From positions 49,786,001-49,850,000 of the forward strand of contig OZ024742.1 in NCBI GenBank assembly GCA_964016885.1: a stretch of DNA of 64,000 nt, written 5' to 3'. The notes beneath the pieces are model-generated. The model ran no database searches. It was not told where the DNA came from and saw nothing but the letters and a program-made list of their open reading frames with translations. Below, in pieces: positions 52,200 through 64,000 of this stretch. Both the position numbers and the translations under genes were made by a program. The number at the start of each line of letters is the position of its first letter. The first letter of the stretch is position 1. This DNA is from Eledone cirrhosa. Lineage: Eukaryota.

Positions 52200-52253
<54 letters not shown>

Positions 52254-52268
52254 CATATATATATATAC

Positions 52269-52334
<66 letters not shown>

Positions 52335-52495
52335 GTATATACATATGTATATACATATGTATATATATATGTATATATATATGTATATATATATGTATAT
52401 ATATATGTATATATATATGTATATATATATGTATATATATATGTATATATATATATGTATATATATATGTATATATATATGTATATATATATATG

Positions 52496-52546
<51 letters not shown>

Positions 52547-52561
52547 GTATATATATATATG

Positions 52562-52646
<85 letters not shown>
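51148..52646. repeat. ~1.5-kb (TA)n/(TATATG)n compound microsatellite
   Basis: Direct reading. Confidence 0.97.
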
Positions 52647-52655
<9 letters not shown>

Positions 52656-52994
52656 GACACACACACAGAAACAAAATGGCGTAGGATAGAAGAAAGGAGA
52701 GGCACAGAAACGAAGAAAGGAATCCCCAGTCACTGAAGAGGTCACAGAGTGTGTGACGAAAGGACTATGACTATATATAAACAACTATCTGGTTGTGGAA
52801 CCAACCAACCAACCAGAAATTTATAAGTTTGTAGATTTGTAAATTTATAAATTTATAAATATATAATAAATTGAGGTGAAACAACTGGTGCGTGTGTTTC
52901 TTATTGGCAACATGACCCTCCCAAAGTATAACAATATCGGTTTCAACACACGTTTTCAGATAAAGAATCTTGCTTAACAAATCCAGAAAAGAAA
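52647..52994 (+). mobile_element. Solo pLTR of the 38-41 kb PLE family inside (TA)n
   Basis: Matches the reverse complement of 38363-38590 and forward 40533-40781. Confidence 0.9.
52728..52772 (+). ncRNA. Minimal type I hammerhead ribozyme
   Basis: agtca-ctgaaga-g-gtcaca/tgtgac-gaaa-g-ga-c-ta-tgact. Confidence 0.8.
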
Positions 52995-53159
52995 TATATA
53001 TATATATTTATATATATATATATATATTAGAAAGATCGAGTATCGAAAAATCGGCGCACGAGTTCACGATAAACGAGATTCGACATGAGCGGCAGAGGGC
53101 TCAATAATTCAGATGAATCAGAGCTATAACTATCGTTATATATATATATATATATATAT

Positions 53160-53230
53160 TCTCTTTTACTCTTTTACTCTTTTACCTGTTTCAGCCATCC
53201 GGCTGAGGCCATGCTGGGGCACCGCCCTTG
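53160..53230. mobile_element. Short terminal fragment of an interspersed repeat with (ttttactc)n end
   Basis: tgtttcagccat...ggccatgctggggcaccgcc resembles, from memory, a common octopus repeat end; no second copy in this window. Confidence 0.45.
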
Positions 53231-53235
53231 TTACT

Positions 53236-54310
<1,075 letters not shown>

Positions 54311-54355
54311 TCAGGGCTGCAGGTATTATATCAGAGTTTTCTTTCTCCTAGAATT

Positions 54356-54473
54356 CTGCCTTGAAAAAGGTATCCAATGATGTTGACTTGTTCTTCTTTT
54401 TGGTAAATATCATCGGTAGGGGTTCTACTACATGGATATAAAGTAGTGGCCGTACTCGAAAACGAGTTGGCAG
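54356..54473 (+). ncRNA. Hammerhead-like motif, U3-A8 variant with branched stem II
   Basis: ctgcc-ttgaaaa-...-gaaa(a)-c-ga-g-tt-ggcag; two internal hairpins; one extra A and an imperfect stem II base. Confidence 0.45.
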
Positions 54474-54575
54474 TCACCATATGTATGTATATATGTATGT
54501 ATATATGTATGTATATATGTATGTTTATATATATGTATATATGTATATATTCAGGTATATATGTATATATATATG

Positions 54576-54606
<31 letters not shown>

Positions 54607-54680
54607 GTATGTATGTGTATATGTATGTATATGTATGCATATATATATCTATGTATGCATATATATGTATATATGTATGT

Positions 54681-55256
54681 ATCACCATCATCATCATCAT
54701 CGTTTAACGTCCACTTTCCACGCTAGCATGGGTTAGACGGGTGTTGTCCCACTTGAGGCAAGGTTGGTCGGGTGTCCGTGTCTCACTCATATAGGTCTAT
54801 CTTGCAATTTTTCTACGGCTGGATGCCCTTCCTAACACCAACCACATTTACAGTGTGGAACTGGGAACTTTTTACTGTGTTACTTACACGGCCACATTAC
54901 AGCGTAGACTGTGTGTTTTTTTCTCGTGACACCTACAGGATCACGATCTCGATCTCATTTATCTCATTTATTTGGACTGGGTCCCTATCATTCCACTGCA
55001 AAGTGGTCGTGGAGGTGCCATAGCAAAAAAGCACTGTCCACACTGTAAAGTGGATGTGTAAGCGCCACGGAAAAAAAAGCACACAGTACTCTCTGTAAAT
55101 GAGGTTGGTGTTAGGAAGAGCATCCAGCTGTAGAAATGAAGCCAGAATCAGTCCCCGTATGAGCAAGACAAGGGCAGCCGCCTGGACACTGCCCACAACA
55201 GGACAACTCATCTAACCCATGGTAGAAGAATGGACGTAAAACGGTGATGATGATGA
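54681..55256. mobile_element. Composite: RTE-2 3' UTR (minus, 54681-54980) fused to the SINE-B/RTE-1 3' half (plus, 54974-55256)
   Basis: Outward-facing (CAT)n and (GAT)n tails; shared ggactgg at the junction. Confidence 0.85.
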
Positions 55257-55270
55257 TATATATATACATG

Positions 55271-55323
<53 letters not shown>

Positions 55324-55420
55324 TTGTATATATATATATGTTTCTATGTATATATATATATATATATACATATATGTATATATATAATATATTGTATGTA
55401 TGTATAATATATATATATTT

Positions 55421-56873
55421 ATCATCATCATCATTTTACGTCCGCTTTTCCCTGCTTGCAAGGGTTGGACAGGTCCTATTCAGCACACCATCTCTCCACT
55501 TTTCACAGCCCTTCGTCCTCTCCTCGGTGAGTTTCGGCGATCTGAGGTCAGCTCTCACCACCTCCGCCCATGTTTTTCGTGGTCTACCTCTACTGCGTCT
55601 TCCTTCTACTGGGATATCTTGGCACTTGTTAACCCAGCGGTCATCCTCCATGTGCATCACATGTCCATACCATCTCAGCCTTCTGTCCTGCACACCACAA
55701 CTTATCCCTCTTTTACCCAGTTTCTTTATCAACTCGTCTATACTTGGTCATTCACGCACATTGCCATTGCATATCCAACGGAGCATACTTCCTTCATTTC
55801 TCTCCAGCTGTCGCATATTGTCTGCAGTTGCTACCCATGTCTCACTACCATGCAGCATCGCGCATCTCACACAGCCATCATACAACTGTCCTTTCATACG
55901 CAGGGAGAAACCCTTCTTTGTCAACAGAGGAAGCAGCTCCCTAAACTTCTTCCAACCTGTCCTTATACTATGGCCTCGGAACCCCCTCCTCCCCTTCAAT
56001 GCTAACCTGATCACCTAGATACTGGAAGCTATCAAACACTTCTATAGAACACACCTGCATTGGAAAAATGTGTCTATCACTGCAATTACTACTGCCAACT
56101 TTCCCTGTACATCTACTGCATACGTAGTTTTTCCTACTTGTTAGTTTGCCTGCTATCCCACTACATCTCTTGTGTACCCAAGATCTGCATTGCGTACATC
56201 TTATGGAATTTATTCCAGTTCTTTTCCTACATATCGAACATGGCCATTTCCCCGATGGAATCAGAGTATCGTCCGCTTATCAACACTTTTGTTATAGCTT
56301 TGTTCACTCTCAGGCCTCTTGATTGCAACTGCTGTTTCCTTAGCCAGAATTTATTCTCTAGCTCCTCTACTGATTCTGCTATAAGAGCCAGATCATCAGC
56401 ATAGAGAAGTTCCCAAGGGCAGCCAGTCTTAAACTCCTCTGTTATGGCTTGGAGGACTATAATGAACAAAAGCGGGCTGAGGACCGAACCCTGATGTACA
56501 CCTACTTGTATCTGAAATTCCTCACTAAACTCCATTCCTATTCTCACTTTACTGACAGCACCCCTGTACATAGCTTGCACTGTCTTCACAAGCCATTCCT
56601 CTACACCTAATTTCCTTAGGGACCATCAGATGACAGATCGGGGTACCCCATCAAAAGCCTTCTCTAGGTCAACAAAAGCTAAGTATAGTGGCTTATTCTT
56701 CTCTAAGAACCTCTCTTGTAGTTGCCTCACTAAGAAGAGGGCATCTGTTGTATTTTTCCGAGGCACAAAAGCAAACTGCATCTCATTTAATTTGACTCTT
56801 TCTCTAATCTTTTGCGCTAATATTCTCTCTGCCACTTTCATAACCTGATCCATCAGCTTTATGTCCCTATAAT
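55421..56873 (-). mobile_element. RTE family 3, 5'-truncated, disrupted RT + PHD finger; ORF runs directly into the tail
   Basis: [40 protein letters not shown]...SREKRT* then (GAT)n; (TA)n on both sides. Confidence 0.93.
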
Positions 56874-56991
56874 ATATATGATATATGTATGTATCTATAT
56901 ATGTATATATGAATATATGTATGTGTATATATGTATATATAAGTATGGGTATATATGTATGTATATATGTATGTATATATATGTATGTTTG

Positions 56992-57022
<31 letters not shown>

Positions 57023-57184
57023 GGATATATATATACTTATATATATATATATACATATATATATATACATACATATATATACATATATATATATACATAT
57101 ATATATATACATACATACATATATACATACATAGATACATACATATACATATATATATATATATATACATACATACATACATAG

Positions 57185-57228
<44 letters not shown>
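56874..57228. repeat. Compound (TA)n array with tatg to cata strand switch
   Basis: Direct reading. Confidence 0.9.
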
Positions 57229-57417
57229 TGTGTGTTGGTGCATACATGAAGCTCTATGTCTAAATTACATTTTAATGTACTTAGCATTTATTCCTAATTT
57301 TATAACGGAAACATGTTCCTGTTTTTCTTTCTTTTAATATTTTGACTCTGATTTCCTCATCAATCCCTTTCTCCAATTGAATGTTTCCTTTCTTTATTCA
57401 CTCATTTTAGATGCTAC

Positions 57418-57498
<81 letters not shown>

Positions 57499-57692
57499 TA
57501 TTTAATTATTTATTTATTTATCAATGACATTATACACTTACCATTCAATCCAGTTCTCTTGCTCAGTGTAACGTGTTCAGATGTTGATAAAGTATTCTTT
57601 GTTATATTCAGTACTAATAGAATTAAAATTCTAATTAAGATTCTTATCATTACAATTAATACTTATTATCTTGATTATGATTGCTATTTTAA

Positions 57693-57732
<40 letters not shown>

Positions 57733-59129
57733 TTTATTACTTGGGTACTATGGATAATTTACATGACATTTTTTTCTGACAATGCTATGTATGTGGCATT
57801 GCTAATTAAGCATTAAATCTACAAGCACAGGTCTGTTCTGGATGCGTGCAGAACAACAAAGCAGTTCTGTACACAGCCTTTCAGAGCCTCACAAAGATAT
57901 GTTGAATAACTGTTGTCACAAATTGGATCGATTTGGCTACCAGCCAAGTCTATAATAAGGATCACCTATTTATTTCCCTTTGGTCATGAAGTATACGCAG
58001 GTTTTCTCTATCTGGAGGCTATGGTAAAACATATTGTATGCTTTATAAGATTAAATGAATTGAAAACAGATGCTTAAAGAAAATTTAAATGGGCCAATTC
58101 CTCATAGATGCCTTCAAGTGGCACTTGGAGAAGATGAGACTGGGAAAAAAAGGAGATACTGTTCTCAAAAAAATTATTTTAATTTGGCTGAGATTAGGAA
58201 AAAATGACCTACATAAACATGTTTAATCTTGGCATGGGCTTGTAGGTTGAATAACACAACTGAGGGAGGGCACATTACATTTATAGTTAAAATACCCCTT
58301 GGTCTGTGGAATTATTTGGTTCAATCTAGCTGGTTTGCAATCTGTTGACATTAGTCTGCAGGTCAAATAGCACAGCTGGAAGAGGGCACTTTCCTTTGGT
58401 AGTTAAGGTAATCTTGGATCTGTGGGGTTACTTGATTCGTTTTACATGGTTGTCAACCTTTAAAGTGACTCACTCCAATCTTTTCTATGCCTGTTTTTTT
58501 TTTCTTATTGATTCCACATAAACTCTAACTACCTTTGTAATTTCTTTGTAATGTCCCTTCATCCAACATCTTTTTGGCAAATAGAAAAATATATGTATAT
58601 AACTGTTCCTATTGTATCATAGTGTAGTGGTAGGTCCTCTGAAAACTTAGTTTGCAGTTCAGGTTTATTCTTCTAGCTTGTGCTATTTCATATTGGTTTG
58701 TCATTAAACCATTCATAAAATACATAAACATTCTTCTTTAGTTCCCTTTGGTCCCTATAGAGCATTGTATGCTGAATCTGTTCATTGATTTTGTAGAAGC
58801 CTTCCATTCTGTCTCTATTCTCCACACTGGGTGGAAACTAACCTAGAGTTTCAAAGTTATGGAGGGAATACGGTTATGGAGGGAATAAGGATAGGGGCCC
58901 ATTCGACATGCTGTCAGATGGAGCCAGCTAAGACTGGGACTTAAATAATTTTATTTTATTTCTGTCACAAATTTCTAATGGAATCATCATTATGATTGCT
59001 GTCTTAAATGTATTACTTGCTGTTGTTATTGTACATTGTAAATCTGGCATGTTCAATTGGTGAGGGTATGAAAAGAGAGATATTTGGTAGAAATTGAAGA
59101 AATCAGGACAAGGCGATCACATCCTCTTA

Positions 59130-59665
59130 ATCGTTGTCTAAGCTCTATTTTCCATGCTTGTCTTGGTTAGACAAGTTGTCACTTACTGTGGTTAGAGCAA
59201 TCATGTGACATGGTCCTGCTCATGCACTTCGTTTTGGCTTAGTTTCTACAACTGGATATCTTTCTCAATGCCAACTACTTCACAGTGTGTACACGGAATA
59301 TTTTATAATCACTCCAGCGATATCACATTATAAGAGGGTATGAGTGCTTTTTTATTGTGGCAGCAGCACTACCAACCTACAGAGGAACTAGTTGCTTTCC
59401 TCGTGGCACCAGCATTACCACCCAACATTACCACATTATAGCATGTACTGGGAGCATTTTTTCAAGACTCCAGCACTACTGCCATGCAGGGTGACTCGGT
59501 GTTATTTATTGTGGCTCTAGCACTAATAATTTACATGGTGGATGAAATGTATTTTATCGAGGTACCATCATTAACACCACATGGAGTCGGATGGATATAT
59601 TTTATCATGGCACCATCTATTACAGAGTGGACTGGGTGTATTTAATTATGGCATCAGCACTACTA
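59130..59665 (-). repeat. Old RTE/SINE 3' end with a tandemly amplified ~45-bp unit
   Basis: Diverged tail (tttccatgcttgtcttggttagac) followed by repeated gtactgggtg..tttatcgtggcaccagcact-like units. Confidence 0.6.
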
Positions 59666-61746
59666 CATTATTTATTATTATGTAAGGTATATATTGCTAG
59701 CATTCAGTGACACACCTATACACCTATATTATATATATACATAGATATCATCATCATCATATTTATTATTGAAATGATTTCTTCAGGTCTAGAACTGAAT
59801 GAAACAGTCCTGTAGAAGCCATTTCTATAATAAAATAAAGATGCCTATACTCTACTATACTAGCGCATTGGTCACCTACCGTCATACAACAGGAATCCAC
59901 CTCTCTTTCTTCCTCGTTATATACATACATATATATATATATATGGAAAGTAGCCTGCGCTATATATATATATATATAGTGCAGGCTACTTTACAGTTTC
60001 CTTCTTCCTTCCAAATTATCTCAGAAGGCAATGGCCAGCCCAGGTCTATAGTAGAAGACGTTTGTCAAATGTGTCCTTCTATGAGAGCAAATCCTAGAAT
60101 CACATGGTTGCAAATCAAATATGTTAACCGCATCACCATATATGCTTCTATACACCTATGTATTCTGTGTACATTTACTTTGGGAACAACTTTATCTTTG
60201 CTAGTAGAGGCCATCTCTATTCTAATCATTGTATTAGACATCTAGATTAAAAAATCAACTGTTAGTTTGATATTCTTAATGGTCTGTGATACTTTCTACT
60301 TTTAGTATATCTTAACTTACTGGAGCATATCATATATTAAAAACACATGAGATAAATGTGATGCCAGCAGTAAGCTATCATAGAAAATATCCAAATCTAA
60401 TTATGCTAAAAGTCTCTAAGGCAATCTATAGATCTACTGATATTTAGTGCGAATGTGAAAATTAAAACCCCCTTTGTTAACAAAATTGTTAATGCCATCT
60501 TTTCAATGAAGCTGCTAGCCATGATGTAAATAACCTTGTGAAGAGAAATCCATCACTACTCCCACAAGATGACTCCATTATATTATTTGAAGCTTATGTT
60601 ATATAGAATATAATAAATGTTCATAATTTAGAAAATTTATCTAGAGATAACATTCTAGTTGCCTTTTCATAAAAGTGACCAAAAGAAAGCCATAACATAC
60701 TATTTAACTGCCATATAATTCAACAGAAATAAACTGCAATATGTGTGTTTAACTCTTTGTTGTTCTAAATTTCTTTGAATTTGTGTTTGGTTTTTGATCA
60801 TGGAATTAATCACACAACAAAATTTCATACTTTTAAAGAATTATTATATGAACATTTGATCAGATGAGGTGTGTGGTGTGTGTGTGTGTGTGTGGGTGGG
60901 GGGGGCACTGTATTGAAGAATATCAAAACTAATAGATGCAAATAAAACACTGAAGATATCAATGATATAACAACCTAATTCATATATCCGTTTTAAAATT
61001 TAAAATATAATTTCCAAAAAAGTTTAAATTGCAATGTCAGATATAGATGCAGCATTTGTTATGCTCTGAAACTGTACTGACTATTAAAATATAACAGAAA
61101 TCTTATAGCACTCTTAAGAGACATTAATATAGCTGACACTTATCACAGAAATCTGCTTTACTTCAGATTACAATTTCCACATTGAAAGTTATAAGAAACT
61201 GTTCCTATTAGAGATTTTTTATTTCCCCTACTTTAAACTATCAAGGGAGTGTCATTATAATAACCTAAAATGTGATTTTCTCACTCGACCTATATCTCTA
61301 AAGCATTTCAACATTTCTGAATATGAAATGTAGTAGAAAATTGTTTTCATCCATTGTAAAATATATTGCACCACTTTCTGTATACAAAATAGGTGTGCTC
61401 AATAAATCCTACAGATGTCATTATTTGAACAGATTTAAACTTCACATAAAGTATATTACCAAGTATAATATTGAAATTTTTTAACATATTCTGTTTGAAG
61501 TATTTTTCTAGAAAGTTGGTAACATACTGGATGTTGTCCTCATATATTGTAGTATATTATTGCATAAGATCAAATAATACATATAGACATGTCTGATTTT
61601 ACCATATATCCTGCTGAATATTAGAATACTATAATAACTTCAGCCATTTCAGCATTTATTAATGCTTGCAATAAAGCAACTAAATATCCATTGATTGCAT
61701 ATGTATCAACTTCTGGGGTAAAATGGTTTAATTCATCTCCTAATAC

Positions 61747-61782
<36 letters not shown>

Positions 61783-61869
61783 TGATTTCACAAATAGGTA
61801 TCTTCACTGCTAGAAGTCTAGTACATTTTAGACAGTACAGTTTATGTGTTACTAACATCAAGGTGGAAT

Positions 61870-62460
61870 GTTCAAACAAAATCGGGTCTCCTATACTCTA
61901 CACTTGGAGTTTCACTGAAACAGTTCGTGAAATTCAAGTATCTTGGGGTTGTGTTCATGTGTGATTGAAGGTAGTGCAGTAATGCACCAGCTTTAGCATT
62001 CAATCATTGGGGGTAGGGAGGTGGGTGTAAAAACCAAACTCACTATCTTCAAATCAGTATTTGTGCCAACTGTTACTTATGGTCATGAATCTTGGGTAAT
62101 AACCAAAATAATATATCACAAATACAACTGGCCACAATGGGAATCTGCGATATAGTGCATAACACAGAGATCTGAGAGTCACTAGAGTTAGAGCTGCTAT
62201 TTCTCTGAATTGAGAGATCACAGTTTCAATACTATGGAGATGTTGTCAGAATGCCCCAGGAAGAGCCTCTAAACAGATTTGACTGGCAAAACCAACTGGC
62301 AAGAGTCCTAATGGTTGACCCCAAGCAAGATGATTGGATAAAATCCATGAGCTTAGTTGACCTTGCTGATCTCAATTGGAAATGTTTACTTCTAAGCAGG
62401 ACCCACTGGAAGACATGCTTAAGGACTTTGCACCTCCATGACCTTCCCAGGAGAAAGTAA
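61870..62460 (+). pseudogene. Old RTE-clade LINE C-terminal relic (a fourth family)
   Basis: KSVFVPTVTYGHESWVIT, IERSQFQYYGDVVRMPQE. Confidence 0.65.
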
Positions 62461-63389
62461 GCAAAGAAGAAAAGGAAGAGACCAAATATTTGGAGGAAAT
62501 TAATAAAATAACTAATCTTTTCTTTTGTAAGCTGATATTTAGAACATTACTTTAAAAAGATTTCTAATCTAAAATTATGATGGAAGATTTTAATACAAGG
62601 ATAAACATTTTAAAATGTGCAATTTCATATCATAACTCCAGGGTGTTTGTTTATAGGCAGTTCGCTATCAGAAGAATTAATAATACCAGCTGATTGATTA
62701 TCTTGTCATCATAGACACTTTCAAGAAATTGAATATCACAAAATATGAAATATATCCCTATCCTAGTCGATGATGCATTTATTTTTGGAAGTACCTATTT
62801 TGATGTCACATAATTAATCGAAAAACAAAAAATCCTAGAGCATTTGGCTATAATTTGCTGTGAAAGAAAATCACTAGAAAATGGACAAGATTATTTTCTC
62901 TTTATCAGAAATTTGCCAATGTTGCTGAATTGATTATTCAGTAATCTTTAAACAAAGATTTGAAGATTTAAAGATTACAAAGCAAAATCATGCTTTTAAT
63001 ATCATGCTCATAATTTTCTTTAAGTGAGAGTGGATAATAAATATTAATCAGCCTACAATAGTAACAAATGTCAAATATATTCTGAAAAGTAAATTATCTC
63101 ATCTTTATTGATAAAATCATCAATAAATTAAATTTTTCTATTTTGATTGTCTATGTTCATTTCTCTACCACTACCAGTTCTTACTAAAAAAATTGTATTA
63201 TGGAAAACCTGAATGGTGCAAGGCAATCTATGGTTCTAAACTATGGACTCCTCCGACATTAAGGAAATCCAGGTTTATTTACAATTTAAAAATGAAGTTG
63301 AAATGATTTGTCCCATGAATCAGAATATCATTCTTTAAGATCAACGTAATATGGTTTTAATATCTTTTACAAATGCAGTGCAATGGAGA

Positions 63390-63870
63390 GTCAGAATTAT
63401 TAAATCATTGAACAAATGTTTAGTAGTATTTATACTGGCTCTTTACATTCTGAGTTCAAAACCTGCTGAGGTCAATTTGTGTTTCATTATTCCAGGTCTG
63501 CTAGAAGGTGGTATCAATCAAGCAGTAGGGTTGATTTAATCAGCTTTGACCTTCCACCAATCTTTAGAAATCAAGTAGAGAGGAGGCTGTATACAAGAAA
63601 TCATAGAAAGAGGGAATATACAATATAAAATGATGGATTTAATATGCTGAGGGATGAGCAATGATAATAGTTCTGATATTGATTACTGATTTAAACTCAT
63701 TTTTCTGTCTTTACTTTCTGGGTTCAAATCCTGCTGAGATCAACTTTGCCTTTGATACTTCTGGGTTTCATAAAATAAAAGTTCCAGTTAATTACTGAAA
63801 TTGATACAATCAACTTTACTCTTCCCCCAAATTGGTGGATTTATGCCAATTTTAGAACAAATTATTATTA
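63390..63870 (+). mobile_element. Two old SINE family C-related copies
   Basis: tgagttcaaaacctgctgaggtcaatttg and gggttcaaatcctgctgagatcaactttgcc. Confidence 0.65.
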
Positions 63871-64000
63871 TTTAATTTGTCACTTTACTTTCATATTCAA
63901 CCATTTATTTCAATTTATTATTTACAATTTTTTCCAAAGATTCGTGTTTACATGTCTTATGTGTAACCCATATTTTCACTTATAATAATTTACTAAAAGT

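Overview
AT-rich, repeat-dominated animal genomic DNA. The repeat repertoire ((TA)n and (CAT)n arrays, RTE LINEs, tRNA SINEs) looks like an octopus or other cephalopod; this is an inference. No host protein-coding exon can be supported. The window holds three distinct RTE-clade LINE families, two copies of which are near-intact, and all carry a C4HC3 PHD-type finger inside the RT C-terminal region. It also holds a 5'-truncated Penelope-like element (RT + GIY-YIG) with an inverted pseudo-LTR, mariner and L1/Tx1-like relics, two tRNA-SINE families, kb-long compound (TA)n arrays and one likely housekeeping-type promoter (~45.6 kb). The main unannotated signals are: (1) at least six unrelated short elements carrying minimal type-I hammerhead ribozyme folds, including U3-A8 covariants, most reading into a (TA)n-type array and several built as fold-backs; (2) repeated inverted duplications centred on (TA)n arrays; (3) a complete tRNA-like cloverleaf enclosed in an inverted-repeat element; (4) a SINE whose 3' tail comes from a different RTE family than its siblings. 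Most ORFs in the supplied track are microsatellite or antisense artefacts.
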